From Dendrobates tinctorius (Eukaryota): a stretch of DNA of 64,000 nt. This document shows positions 37,844 through 51,317 of this stretch, one piece after another (the stretch's first letter is position 1; every line of letters begins with the position of its first letter). The translations under genes and the position numbers were made by a program. Below the pieces are notes generated by a model. The model was given only the letters and a program-made list of their open reading frames with translations, was not told where the DNA came from and searched no databases. The stretch lies in assembly GCF_039654945.1 (NCBI RefSeq), contig NW_027361997.1, positions 2,108,001 to 2,172,000 of the forward strand, given 5' to 3'.

Positions 37844-40800
37844 TGGTCTCTGGAATCTCTCCAGTGGGTGTTGTCGTGGCGAAGGGTAAAAAGTCGGATT
37901 ACTTACCGGTAATGCTCTTTTAATGAGTCCAACCCGCTCCCTTCCCTCCCTATGAAGATAATAGCAATAAATACACCATGTAAATAAGTTAAACTTAAAA
38001 TGCAAGCACTTTGCCTAACTTTTGACGGTCCTCCTGGTACTCTGAAATACAACTGAGGAGGAGAGGCGGACCGCCCCTTTTATCTTTCTGTAGTTTTCCT
38101 GTTCCTATGGGGCGGATCCCGCTACCTCCAGTGGGTGCTGTCGTTGACTCATTTAAAGAGCATTACCGGTAAGTAATCCGGCTTTTTTTTTTTTCCTTTT
38201 TTATTGTGAAGCAAACAACAAATAGGACAAAACGGAAACCGTCAGTGTGCATAACTATTCACCTCCATAAAAGTCAGTACTTTGTAGAGCCTCCTTTTGC
38301 TGCAATTACAGCTGCAAGTCTCTTTGGATAAGTCTCTGAGCTTTCCATATCTTGCCACTGAGATTTTTCCTCTTTTGTCAAGACAAAACTGCTCCAGCTT
38401 CTTCAAATTAGATTGGTTCCTTTGGTGAACATCAATCTTCAAGTTGGAGCACAGATTCTAAATTGGATTCAGGTCTGGGCTTGACTAGGCCACTCCAAAA
38501 CATTTACACACACTCATTGAAACCACTTGAGTGTTGCTTTTGCTGTACCTGCTGCAGAAAAAATTCCCCACATTGAAACATGGTGGTAGCAGCATCATGC
38601 TGTGGGATATTTTTCTACAGCAGGTACATGTTGTTCTTGGGGAGCTAAGCTGTTGGTTTGGCGCCAGACATAGCGTTTACCTTGGTGGCCAAAAAGTTCA
38701 ATTTTGTGCTCCTCATCTGACCACAACACCTTTCTCCATACATTTGAGGAGTCTCCTACATGTCTTTTGGCAAACTCAAAATGAGCCTTACATTTTTCTT
38801 GTGTAACTAAAGGCTTTATCCAAGATGTCCCTCCTGACAGCACCATGGAGGTCGTCATCATCCTCCTCCTTCTTACAAGGACAGGAAACGCACGAGAGGT
38901 TAAAAGACCCCTCCCACCCACCTCCCCTAGTGTTTTTCCTGTCCCTGCATGGAGGGACACGCGAGAGGAGCAGAGCAGGAAGCTTACCAGACGGGCTCAG
39001 GGGAATCGTGCGGCACAGCTAATCCTTCCCCCGGTCAAGAGGCCCAGTGCCGAAACTCTCCAATGGGGAGTCCCTTGGCTGCAGAGACAGCGGAGGCCTC
39101 CTGGGTTGAGTCGCTTCCCCTGATGGGGAACTTGTGGCGCTGGCCAGCAAGGTGCTGCATCTTCCGAGAGACGGGCGATGTGTGTAAGTTTCGCACTTCC
39201 GATGATGTCAGAGAAGCTCCTGGTTCCGGTGTTGGCATGTGTTCCAGGGTGGAGTGCAGAAATAATTTGCAGACTGGTAATAAAACCATTACCTGGATCT
39301 CGAGAGGCACCCGGCATGCACATGGGCACTATGGAGGAAGCGGGCAGAGGTGATCACGACTGCTTGGTAAGTGTGATTGATTGCAGTCCCACCAGCAATC
39401 TGATTATCCCTTCTCTTTATGCTAAAATAGGATAAGGGAATCCCTGCTATTTCCCTCCCTACACCTAATAGGTCTGGCAATGCCTCTGTAAAGTCCAAGT
39501 GATGCCCTATATGTATTGTAAAATTTCCGGAGGCATATGGAAGAATACCCTATGAAGGCTGCACCACCAAAATTGTGAGGGAGGAACAGCCGTCCATGGT
39601 ATCTGAGATGAGGTCCTTAATCTGTGAGGAGGTCCATGCCGCTTTGTCTATCCTCACCCTGCCACAGTCTGCCAATCCTGGTTCAAGAGCTAAGAGACCT
39701 GGATGGAAGATCGTGCTAAGCTCAGACAAGGAGTTCCAGTTTCTGGGATCAGATCAGGAGGAAGAAGGGGAAATAGTGAAGGAAAACCCAGAAGGGGGCA
39801 GGAGATATTTATTTGCAACTGAGGACACCAACAAGCTCGTACAAACATTCAGAATTACAATGCAGGTGGAGGAAGTTCCAAAACTGCAGTCCATACAGGA
39901 TGAGATGTTAGGGGGGTCTCAGAGCACAGAAGCAACAGGTATTCCCGGTGAATGACCATATCCGGGCTATGGTTCGGGAAGAATGGGAGGATGCGAAGAA
40001 ATGCCTGGTGATACCCCGAGACTTTAAAAATTGTTTGCCCTTTGAACGAGAGGACATTAAGATCTGGGAGGAGGTTCCCAAGATAGACGTACCGGTGGCC
40101 AAACTAGGTAGAAAAATGTCTATATGTTTGAGGACTCCTCGAGCCTGAAGAGACCCTATGGACACAATGGCAGATAATCTGCTGAAGCGGGCTTGGGAAA
40201 CGTCCGCAGCATTGATTAGAACGAATATATCCGCCATTTTAGTTGCCAGGTCCATGTTTCTGTTGATGGGGCAACTGGAGGAGTATTTGAGTAGTAAGAC
40301 TCCTACAGAGGACATCTTGCCCTCCGTCCCGCTGATGAAGTTGGCCACAGCATTTCTGGCGGATACGTCCGCCGAGTCAATTAGGTTTTCGGCCATAAAT
40401 AGTCCTTTGGCTAATGTGGCCTGCAGGGCCATCTGACTGAAGACCTGGTCAGGGGACAACAACTGTAAGAATAAATTATGCTCCATTCCCTTCTCAGGGT
40501 TCAGGGTGTTTGGGCCGGCCTTGATGATATCTTAGAGAAAACGTTGGATAAAAAGGGATTCCCTGAGGATTTGTTTAGAAGGACTTGGTCCTTTCAGAAA
40601 CCTGGGCCATCTCGGAGGCAGTCCGATTATAGAGGCCAGGGGAGGTCCAGTAGAGGGAGCTACCATAAAGGAGGGAAAGTTAGAGGATCTCTCTTTGGGT
40701 CTGGTTCAAGATCAAGGAGGCAATGACTCCTTCCTGGTTGGGGGGTGACTCAGACAGTTTGTGGAAAGTTGGCACCATATTACCCAGGATCAATGGGTTT

Positions 40801-41851
40801 AAAGGGCCAAAAGAAGGGTTTATTGTTCCCCGTACTTTTCAGTGGGTTTTCTTGTGGTTGCAGACATAAGAGAGCTGGTGGACACAGCCGTTATTCCAGT
40901 CCCTTGGTTGGAAGAGGGCAAAGGCCACCATTCAACATTATTTACCATCAAAAAGCTCTCAGGCGAAACCCGCACCATAATAAACTTAAAGCCCTTAAAT
41001 TTCTGGATACTGTACAAAAGATTGAGCATGGAATCAATAAAATCTTCCCCTTATAGACATTGGCACATTTATTTATGTGCACCCTAGGTCTAAAGAGTGC
41101 GTATTATTAGGTGCCAATACATCCTGTCACAGAAATTCTTGAGATTTGCAATAAAAATTCAGAATTGAACCTGTCACTTTCAATTTCAGTGCCTTCCCTT
41201 CAGTCTAGCCTCAACCCCTCGGGTCTTTACGAAATTGGTGTCAGAGATTGTAGCCTATCTAAGGAACATGGGAATAATTATAATTCCATATCTGGACGAT
41301 TTCCTCTTGGTGGAGAGTTTGGTGGAAGAACTCCAGTCCCACAAGGATAAGACCATATCAGCCTTGGAGTACCTGGATTGGATCCTTAATTGGCTGAAGT
41401 CAGACTTGGTGCCAGGAAGCAGAAAGGTTTTCCTGGGAGTGCTGCTAGACTCCAGCGTAGAGCATCCTTCTTGCCTGGAGAAAAACAGGAAACCGTGAGA
41501 AACAGAATCCAGCTGTTCCTGAAGAGTCAGACTTCAATCAGGTCAGCGATGAAGATTCTAGGCCTGCTGACAGCTTGCATTCCCTGTGTCCTGTGGGCCC
41601 AGATCCGGTCCAAATCATCAAACTACAGGAAGCTGTACGCTGTGTGGGAAGTCCAAAGTTGAAATCAATCGTTGCTAAAAGAGCCGCACGTCAAGATCTT
41701 ATCGGGCAATGTAATGACTGTGTCCTTCTTGTGACACCAGAGAGGCCCGAGACACCGTGCACTCCAGGATTTGTTGTCCAGAACCTTTTCGTGGGCAGAG
41801 AAAACAGTCCTTTCAGTGGCGGCAGTTCATTTGTACTGATCCCACAATGTA

Positions 41852-42117
41852 GGGCGGCACGGTGGCTCAGTGGTTAGCGCTGCAGCCTTGCAGCGCTGAG
41901 GTCCTGGGTTCGAATCCCACCAAGGACAACATCTGCAAGGAGTTTGTATGTTCTCCCCGTGTTTGCGTGGGTTTCCTCCGGGTACTCCGGTTTCCTCCCA
42001 CATTCTAAAGACATACTGATAGGGAATTTAGATTGTGAGCCCCATCGGGGACAGTGATGAAAATATGTGCAAACTGTAAAGCGCTGCGGAATATGTTAGC
42101 GCTATATAAAAATAAAG

Positions 42118-42162
<45 letters not shown>
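41852..42162 (+). mobile_element. tRNA-derived V-SINE
   Basis: A box TGGCTCAGTGG (41863-41873), B box GGTTCGAATCC (41907-41917), V-domain-like GGAGTTTGTATGTTCTCCCCGTGTTTGCGTGGGTTTCCTCCGGGTACTCCGGTTTCCTCCCACA and an (ATT)n tail. Confidence 0.92.
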
Positions 42163-42936
42163 TCTTGAGCAAACAGAAGGTCTGGCCAACAGAGTGGAAA
42201 CTGAGTGAGGAAGTATTCCAGCAGTTATGCCATCTATGCCATCTTTGGGGTACACCTTACATAGACTTGTTTGCGACAAGAAAGAACTTAAAGGTTGCTA
42301 GATCTTACTCTCCCTAATCTCGCAGACAATCCAGAAGTGGTCGACGCGTTGAGTCAGAGGTGGGAAAGGACACGGTCCCCGGTGGCACTCATCCCAAGAG
42401 TGCTCAGAAAGATCTAGGAGGATCAGACGAGGGTACTTCTGATCATTCTGCTTTTGCAGAAGAGAAGTTGGTTGACGATGCTAAAAACCATGGCCTTGGA
42501 AGATCCTGTTATGTTTCTTGGAGAAGAGATTTGATTCACCAGGGCCTAGTCTTCCAAAGATTTTATATTTTCTATTTTCTTCATGCAGGGTTTAATAACT
42601 GTTTCAAACCAAGCACCCTTAAGGCCAGATATCAGCATTGAGTATATCCATTGGCTTCTCAACCGTGGGTAGCTAGGTTTGTCAGGGCAATACAGAGTTT
42701 GAGGCCTACTATAAGACGGTTGGTGCCCCATCCCACCCCCGTGGGATTTGAATCTAGTACTTAAAGCCCTTTTGTAAAGATCCTTATGTAACTGGGGGAA
42801 AATGGGTCCATTTCATGTCGGACCATCAAAATGGCGTTTTTAGTGGCCTTTACTACCCGAAGAGGGTAGGAGAGATTCAGGCCCTGTCCTCCCAGGATCC
42901 GTATCTTCATATATGGGATAATCGTATAGTCCTTAA

Positions 42937-45900
42937 GCCCCAAGGGTGGTTTGCACGTTCATGACCGGGCCAATTTTTACAATTCTGACCACTGTCCCTT
43001 TAAGAGGTAATAACTCTGAAACGCTTCCATGGATCCCAGTTATTCTGACATTGTTTTCTCGTGACATATTGTACTTCATGTTAGTGGTAAAATCTCATTT
43101 AAATAACTTGCGTTTATTTGTGAAAAAATCGGAAATTTGGTGACAATTTTGACAATTTCGCAATTTTCCAACTTTGAATTTTTATGCCCTTAAATCACAG
43201 TGATACAGCACACAAACTTGATAAGTAACATTTCCCACATGTTTACTTTACATCAGCACAATTTTGTAACCAAAATTTTTTTTTTTGTTAGGAAGTTATA
43301 AGGGTTAAAAATTAACCAGCGATTTCTCATTTTTGCAACACCATTTTATTTTTACAGACCACATCACATTTGAAGCCACTTTGAGGGGTCTATATGATAG
43401 AAAATGCCAAAAAATGACACCATTCTAAAAAACTGCACTCCTTAATGTGCTGAAATCCACATTCAAAAAGTTTATTAACCCTTTAGGTGCGTCACAGGAA
43501 TTTTTTGAATATTTAAAAAAAAAAAAAAAACGAACATTTAACTTTTTTTCACAAAAAAAATACTTCAGGTTCAATTTTTTTCATTTTACCAAGGGTAATA
43601 GGAGAAATTGGACTGAAATTTATTGTGCAATTTGTCCTGAGTACGCTGATACCTGATATGTGGGGGGGAACCACTGTTTCGGCGCATGGCTGAGCTCAGA
43701 AGGGAAGGAGCGCCGTTTGACTTTTTCAATGCAAAATTGGCTGGAAATCAGATCGGACGCCATGTCACGTTTGGAGAGCCCCTGATGTACAAAAACAGTG
43801 GAAACCCCCCACAAGTGGCCCCATTTTGGAAACTAGACCCCCCCCCCCCCCCCCAAGGAACTTATCTAGATATGTGGTGAGAACTTTGAACCCACAAGGG
43901 CTTCGCAGAAGTTTATAACGTACAGCGGTACAATTAAAAAATCATATTTTTTCCACAAAAATGATCTTTTCACCCCCAATTTTTATTTTCCCAAGGGTAA
44001 CATGACCCTAAAAGTTATTGTGCAATTTGTCCTGAGTACGCTGACACCCCATATGTGGGGGTAGCCCACTATTTGCGCGCATGGCAGAGCTCGGAAGGGA
44101 AGCAGCTCCACTTGACGTTTTTGGCTGGAATTGAGGTCGGACACCATGTCGCGACTGGAAAACCCCTGATGTACCAAAACAGTGGAAAACCCCCACAAAT
44201 GACACCATTTTGGAAACTAGACCCCCCCCCCCCCCCCCCCCCCCAAGGAACTTATCTAGATGTGTGGTGAGCACTTTGACCCCTCCAGTGCTTCACAGAA
44301 GTTTATAATGCCCGGGCGTGAAAATAAAAAAAATCGTATTTTTTCCACAAACGTGATCTTTTAGTCACCAATTTTTTTTATTTTCCCAAGGGTACCTGGA
44401 GAAATTGGACCCCAAAAGTTGTTGTTCAATTTGTCCTGAGTACGCTGATACCCCATATGTGGGAGAAAACTACTGTATGGGCACACGTCGGGTCTCGGAA
44501 GGGAAGTAGTGACGTTTTGGAATGCAGACTTTGATGGAATGGTCTGCGGGTGTCATGTTGCCTTTGGAGAGCCCCTGATGTACCTAAACAGTGGAAACCC
44601 CCCACAAGTGTCCCCATTTTGGACACTAGACCCACCCCACAGAACTTATCTATATGTGTGGTGAGCACTTTGAACCCGTTAAACACTGTTTGGGCGCATG
44701 GCAGAGCTTGGAAGGGAAGGACCACCATTTGACTTTTTCAACTCCGAATTGGCTGGAATTGAGATCAGACGCCATGTTGCATTTGGAGAGCACCTGATGT
44801 GCCCAAACAGTGGAAACCCCTAACCCCAACACACCCCTAACCCTAATCTCAGCCCTAACCCTAATGGGAAAATGGAAAGAAATACATTTTCTTTTAATTT
44901 TATTATTTTTCCCTAACTAAGGGGGTGATAACGGGGGGTTTGATTTACTATTTATGGCGGGTTTTTATGTTTGGCAGCTGTCACACGCTAAAAGACGCTT
45001 TTTATTGTAAAAATAGTTTTTGCATCACCACATATTGAGAGCTATAATTTTTCCGTATTTTGACCCACCGAGTCATGTGAGGTCTTATTTTTTGCGGGAC
45101 GAGTTTACGTTTTTATTGGTACCATTTTCGGGCACGTGACATTTTTTTTATCGCTTTTATTCTGATTTTTGGGACGCAGAATGAACAAAAACCAGCGTTT
45201 CATGAATTTCTTTTCGGGGGGTGCGTTTACACCGTTCCGCGTGCAATAAAAGTGATAAAGCCCTTTTATTCTTCGGGTCAGTACGGTTACAGCGATACCT
45301 CATTTAGGTCGTTTTTTTATGTTTTGTCGGTTTTATGCAATGAAAACTATTTTATATAAAAAAATTATTTTTGCATCGCTTTATTCTGCGAGCTATAACT
45401 TTATTTTTTCGCTGATTATGCTGTATGGTGGCTCGTTTTTTGCGGGACCAGATGTTTTCAGCGGTACCATGTATATTTATATGCGTCTTTTTGATTGCGC
45501 GTTATTGCACTTTTTGTTCGGCGTATGATAATAAATCATTTTATTGCTTCGTTTTTTATTTTTTAAGGGGTTCGCTAAAGGGGTTAACTAATGGGACAGT
45601 TTTATAGGGCAGGTCGTTACGGAGGCGGCAATACCAAATGTGTACTTTTATTATTATTATTTTTTTTTTGTTTTTTTGTATATTTCAAAAAAAATTGAAT
45701 TTATTGGGGGAATATTTTTTTTTTTTTTTTTTTCTAATTTGGCGATTTTTATTTAATAATAACACTTTTTTTGTTTTTTAACTTTATTACATTGTCCCAG
45801 GTGGGACATAACTGTCCTGTGACAGATCGCTGATCTGTCACATCACAGATCACTGTGACAGGCAGTGCAGAAGGCTTCCTCGTGCCTGCTATTTGCAGGC

Positions 45901-46306
45901 ACTGAGGAAGCCGGTTCCCTGCAGGCCCCCGAAGGTCCCCGTCGCCGTCTTGGATTCGGGGGCCTGCAGGGAAGGAGCCCCTCAGCAGCGCTGCACATTG
46001 CGTTGCCGTGGGGGGCTCAGGGAAGCACGGAGGGAGCCCCCTCCCTGCCGAAGCTTCCCTTTAACCCCCGATAAACTGAGATCGTGTTTGATCGCGGTGT
46101 GCAAGGGGTTAACGTGTCGGGGGCGGTCCGTGACCGCCCCTGACACATTGTGCCGGGTGTCAGCTGTGATAATCAGCTGACACCCGGCCGCGATCAGCGG
46201 CGCTCACCACGTGGGCGCCGCTGATCGCTATGACGTACTATCCCGTCCCTGGGAATTAAGTCCCAGGGCACATGGACGGGATAGTACGTCATATGGGATG
46301 AAGGGG
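42937..46306. mobile_element. Non-autonomous piggyBac-type element
   Basis: TTAA TSD (42933-42936, 46307-46310) interrupting the YR frame. Right end GAAGGGG; the left TIR is eroded. Internal ~420-bp tandem subrepeats at 43620-44820 and no transposase. Confidence 0.8.
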
Positions 46307-47061
46307 TTAAATTAGATCCTGCTTTTTTACCAAAGGTAGTGTCCACTCAAAATCTATACCAGGAGATAATCTTGCCTGCCTTTTGTGAGAACCTGTAGAA
46401 TCAGTGTTTTCCACCCCCCCCGCATTGGACGTTAGACAGGGAGTCATTAAGTATCCAGAGGCTCTGCTAGTTCGAGGCAGGATGCTACATGTTTTATTTG
46501 GGGGCACAAATGGAGGGAAAGAAGCTTCCAGAGCCACTATTGCAAGATGGATCATTTCGGCATTCTCCCTTGCTTACGGTTCAGAGGGGATTATTCCCTC
46601 TGAAGGATTAAGAGCCCACTTGACGAGAGCAGTTTCCACATACTGGGCTGAGAGGGCAGGGCCGTCAGTCAAGAAAATATGTAGGGCCACAGCGTGGCCC
46701 AGATTAAATACAGTTTGTAAACATTATACATTAGGTGTATTATCTGGTCAACAAACTTTGGTAGGAAGGTTTTCCAGGCAGTGTTCCCACCCTGAGGAGG
46801 TACTTTGGTATTCTCGTGGTGCTGTCAGGATGGACGTCCTGGAAACATAATTACCGGCAGGTCTAATACCTATGTTTCTACGAGTCCATCCTGACAGCAC
46901 GGTTAGTTCCCTCCCTGTTAATGTTTGTTTTCATGATGTCTTGATGAGATATCGAATGTAATAAATTTAGGTTGCATCAATCCTGGTGTGGTACTTGGAA
47001 AAGCACTAGGGGAGGTGGGTGGGAGGGGCCTTTTAGCCTCTTGTGTGTTTCCTGTCCCCCT

Positions 47062-48213
47062 GGCTTCTTTTACACTTGCCGTGTTTTTGCGGCCCCAATG
47101 CATTTTTATGGGGCCGTAAAAAACGGCCTGCAAAAATTAGTAGGAAGATCGTGCTCCGTATGGATGTATTTGCTGCCGTGAAATAATATCCAGCTTGCTC
47201 GATATTTTTCACGGCTTAAGGACATGGCTGTAATGCATTTCAATGGTACAGCAAAAACAACGTTAAGTTGTTTTTGCGGTCCACTTATTATTTATTTATT
47301 GTTATAGCTCCATTTATTCCATGGCGCTGTACATGTAAGGAGGGGTATACATAATAAAAACAAGTACAATAATGTTAAGCAATACAAGTCATAACTGGTA
47401 CAGGAGGAGAGAGGACCCTGCCCGCGAAGGCTCACAATCTACAAGGGATGGGTGAGAATACAGTAGGCGAGGGTAGAGCTGGTCATGCAGCGGTTTGGTC
47501 GATCGGTGGTTACTGCAGGTTATAGGCTTGTCGGAAGAGGTGGGTCTTCAGGCTCTTTTTGAAGGTTTCGGTGGTAGGTGAGAGTCTGATATGTTGTGGT
47601 AGAGCGTTCCAGAGTAGGGGTGATGCGCGAGAGAAATCTTGTATGCGATTGTGGGAAGAGGCGATAAGAGGGGAGTAGAGAAGGAGATCTTGTGAGGATC
47701 GGAGGTTGCATGCAGGAAAGTACCGGGAGACGAGGTCACAGATGTATGGAGGAGACAGGTTGTGGATGGCTTTGTATGTCATGGTTAGGGTTTTGTACTG
47801 GAGTCTCTGGGCAATGGGGAGCCAGTGAAGGGATTGACAGAGGGGAGAAGCTGGAGAATAGCGGGGGGACAGGTGTATTAGTCGGGCAGCAGAGTTTAGA
47901 ATAGATTGGAGGGGTGCGAGAGTGTTCGAGGGGAGGCCACAGAGCAGGAGGTTGCAGTAGTCAAGGCGAGAGATGATGAGGGCATGGACTAGTGTTTTTG
48001 CAGATTTTTGTTTGAGGAATGAAGGGATTCGTGAAATATTTTTGAGTTTAAGTCAGCAGGAAGTGGCACTGTATTTGTGGATCGCCTTTTTTTTCCGTTA
48101 TTTATACAACAGGGAAAAATGGCAATCCAAGAAGGTTTTTTTGCGGCCCGTTTTTGCGTAATACCATGAAAATCACGGCAATACGGCCCGCAAAAAATAC
48201 GAGTGTAAAAGCG
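47062..48213. mobile_element. MITE inside the DIRS-B right ITR, itself interrupted by L2
   Basis: Termini CTTTTACACTTG / CGAGTGTAAAAG with GCGGCCC/GGGCCG repeats. Confidence 0.6.
47286..48066 (-). mobile_element. 5'-truncated L2 LINE
   Basis: TYKAIHNLSPPYI...FSRASPLLWNALP...LKTHLFRQAY on the minus strand, with an (AATA) tail at ~47286-47300. Confidence 0.9.
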
Positions 48214-49479
48214 GAGGAGGATGGTGCGGTCAGGATAGACTCCTGGAGACGTAATTACTGGTAGATCTAATACCTATTTTTCTCCCCACTCTTCCATAAT
48301 GGCCACCTCCTATGGAGTTTATGACTTATTGTAGTCATAAGGACAGATACACCAGTTTCTACTTCTGAACTTTGCAGCTCCTTCAGGGTTAACTTTTGGT
48401 CAGAGATTGACGGCGGCATTTAACAGGTTAACATCTACGGTGGATCGCGATAACACCGAACTTTTTTCTATTCTTAAAATCATAACAACCCAAAACATCC
48501 AAATGACCCTGATCAAAAGTTAACATACCCCATTTATTAATACCTTGTATTGCCCCCTCTAACATCAATGACAACTTGAAGTCTTTTGTGGTAGCTGTGG
48601 ATGAGGTTCTTTATTTTCTAAGATTGTAAAGCTGCCCACTCTTAGCAAAAAGCCTCCAGTTCCTGTAAATTCCTGGGCTGTCTAGCATGAATTGCGTGCT
48701 TGAGATCTCCCCAGAGTGGCTCAATGATATTGAGGTCAGGAGACTGAGCTTGCCACTGCAGAACCTTCATTTTGTTCTGCTGTAGCCAATGACCGGTCGA
48801 CTTGGCCTTGTGTTTTGGACCGTTGTCATGTTGGAACGTCAAAGTACGTCCCATGCACAGCTTCCGGGCTTGATGATTGCAGTATTTGCTGATAACGTGC
48901 TGCATTCATCTTTCCTTCAACTTTGACCAAGTTTCCTGTGCCTTTGTAGCTCACACATCCCCAACACATCAGCGATTCACCTCCGTGCTTTACAGTAGGA
49001 ATGGTGTTCCATTCATCATAGGCCTTGTTGACCTCTCTCCAAATGTAACGTTTATGGTTGTGGCCAAAAAGTTACATTTTGGTCTCATCACTCCAAATTA
49101 CCTTGTTCCAGAAGTTTTCAGGCTTGTCTCTGCTGTTTTGCGCATTATAGGCCAGAATACTTTGTGGCATTTGCACAGTAATGGCTTTCTTCTGGTGACT
49201 CGACCATGCAACACATTTTTCAAGTGCCTCCTTATTGTGCATCTTGAATCAGCCACACCACTAGTTTTCAGAAAGTCCAGTATTTCAGCTGTTATTTGTG
49301 GGCTTTTCTTTGCATCCCGAACAATTTTCCTGGCAGTTGTGGACAATTTTGTTGGTCTACCTGACCACGGTTTTGTTTGTAAAGAGCCCCTGATTTTCCA
49401 TTTGTTTATCACAGCTTGAACGCTGCTGACTGGCATTATCAATTCCTTGGATATCTTTTTGTATCCCTTTGCTGTCTTA

Positions 49480-49802
49480 GTGTGAGTGCACATGCCGCGG
49501 ATTCACCTGTGGATTTTTCCGCTCGGATTTGCAGGTAAAACTGCAGGTAAAGTGACCTGAGGTTTTCCCATGCGGGTGGACAATGGAACAGGTGTCAAAC
49601 CACTGCGGAATCCACAGAAAGAATTGACATGCGGATTTAAAACTGCAGCAAATCTGCGCGGAAAAATCTGCAGCATGTGCACTGCAGATTTGAAATCCCT
49701 TAGGCTAACGTTATACTGTACAATGTCTGCGGAACTGCTGCGGATCTGCAGGGCCAAATCCGCAGTGGAGCCGCAGCAGAATCCGCACTTTTGCACATAC
49801 CC
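49480..49802. mobile_element. PIF/Harbinger-type MITE related to the 12245 family
   Basis: TTA TSD, GTGCACA termini and shared AGAAAGAATTGACATG core. Confidence 0.75.
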
Positions 49803-50532
49803 TTATGCACACACTGATTACAAGCAAACAGGTCACAAGTGAGGATGTTACCTTTAGTAGTCATTCAAACCCATTTGTGTCAACTTCTGTGTATGTTATC
49901 AGGCCAAAATCACCAGGGTATGTAAACTTTGGTCAGGGTCATTTGGATGTTTTGGGTAGTCATTATGATTTCAGCCCTTTCTGCCAGCTGACGTACTATA
50001 CCGTCCATGTGCCCTGGCACAATTTGACCATGGTCGGTATAATACGTCATAGCGGTTGGCCGCGCACACGGGTGGTGTGCGGCCGAGTGTCAGCTGATTC
50101 TCACACTGCGAACACGATCGCAGCATTCCGGGAGCAGACAGAGGGCTGACAGCTCCCTGCCTTTGGATCAGAGACCCCGCGGCGGCATGCGGGGTCCCAA
50201 TCGTTGCCATGGTAACCTGATGTCATGACACCATCTAGGTTACCTGAGCAAAGAAACTTCCTGTCGTGCAGTTCATGTCTGGAAGTCTCTCAGGTCAGTG
50301 TGCAGTAAGTACAGCACTGACAGCTTCTAAAAGCGATCAGCCTGCAAAAAAATGATAGTCCCATAGTGTGACAAAGTGTAAAAGTTAGAATAAAGTAAAA
50401 AAAAAATGTTTTAATAATTGTAAAATTAGTGTTTAAAAAATCATCAATATTTATTTTATCACTAAATATTTTAATGAAAAAAAACTTAACAATAAAAGTA
50501 CACATTTGGTATCGCCGCGTCCGTAATGACCC

Positions 50533-51317
50533 TGTTAGCGTGGCTGGTCTGGATCCGGAATCTCCAGGAGTGGACCCTCTGGGCCGTGGCACAGAGGGGC
50601 CCCGGACGAGCTGCCAGGTGGAACCGACCCCCTATACAGGGACCGTTAGGAGCAGGCCCAGGGGTTCGAGCACCACGATAGCCGGTACTGAGAGGGGCGG
50701 CTCAGGATGGACTGGAGTAGGACTGTGGGACAGAAGTGTAGATGACAGAACAAAGCTGGAACACAGGAGACAAGAGTGGAGTAAGACTGTAGACTGGAAC
50801 GTGGAGGGATGGCTGGAGCAGGAACACAGGAGACAGGATTAGAGGAGGACGGAAGGACTGGAGCAGGATGGAACTGGAACACCGGAGGCAGGACTGGAGT
50901 AGGACGGAAGGACTGGAGCAGGATGGAACTGGAACACCGGAGGCAGGACTGGAGTACAGAATGGGACACGGATAGCCGGACTGCGAGGCTGCTGCAGGGA
51001 GCACACGAGAACGGGACTGTGAGACTGCAGAGAGCACATGAAGAAGCGAGGCCCAGTGTGCTAGGAAACAATGATCAGGCGCCTCCCTCAAGGGGAAGCG
51101 GCCTGATATGCCCGTCTGGTCTGCCATTGGTCAAGGGGTGCTTCCAGGTCAGGGCATAGCCAGAGCACAAGAACCAAAAGGGAGGCGCGGCCTATGGCGC
51201 ATGCGCATTGCATGCAAAGACGCTGTCGGCCGCGCGCCTGTCAGAGCTGGCTGTCAGGCGGCGAGGGGCTGCGGCGTGGGAGCGATGGCCGGGTGAGCAT
51301 GCAGAGACGGCGTGACA
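50533..51317. mobile_element. Solo LTR with internal GGACTGGAG-rich tandem repeats
   Basis: TGTTA...TGACA termini and 5-bp TSD GACCC (50528-50532, 51318-51322). Confidence 0.85.

Larger units (their letters stand above)
30881..38185 (+). mobile_element. Full-length degenerate DIRS1-type tyrosine-recombinase retrotransposon (DIRS-A)
   Basis: Inverted termini (left from 30881, right ~38056-38182). The internal complementary region at 37861-37931 matches both ends. ORF order is gag, RT/RNase H/methyltransferase-like, then YR. T-rich ends and no TSD. Confidence 0.95.
38814..48280 (+). mobile_element. Second, more diverged DIRS1-type element (DIRS-B)
   Basis: Left ITR ~38814-38945, gag 39331-40726, RT (PYLDDFLL) ~40730-41620, YR split at 42933/46310 (RIVLK|LDPAFLPKV; AHLTRA), ICR-like segment ~46815-46902, and right ITR ~46995-47060 plus 48214-48280. 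Confidence 0.88.
30805..48400 (-). mobile_element. Decayed Tc1 element in three pieces (30805-30880, 38186-38813, 48281-~48400), split by two DIRS insertions
   Basis: Tc1-type terminus CTGTGCGCTTGTGAAAGTATT. Minus-strand transposase remnants (WRKVLWSDE..KIELFG; LKKLEQFC). The sequence reads through AAAGGCTTT|TCTCCCCACTCTTCCATAA when the second DIRS is removed. Confidence 0.7.

Noticed and set aside
41852-41925. tRNA gene
   Set aside because: The A and B boxes are followed by a V-domain and an (ATT)n tail with no oligo-T terminator, so this is a SINE head.
44815-44865. True telomere or fusion site
   Set aside because: Only a few degenerate hexamers inside a transposon.
50646-51159. Overlapping low-complexity ORFs
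   Set aside because: They arise from tandem repeats inside a TSD-flanked solo LTR.
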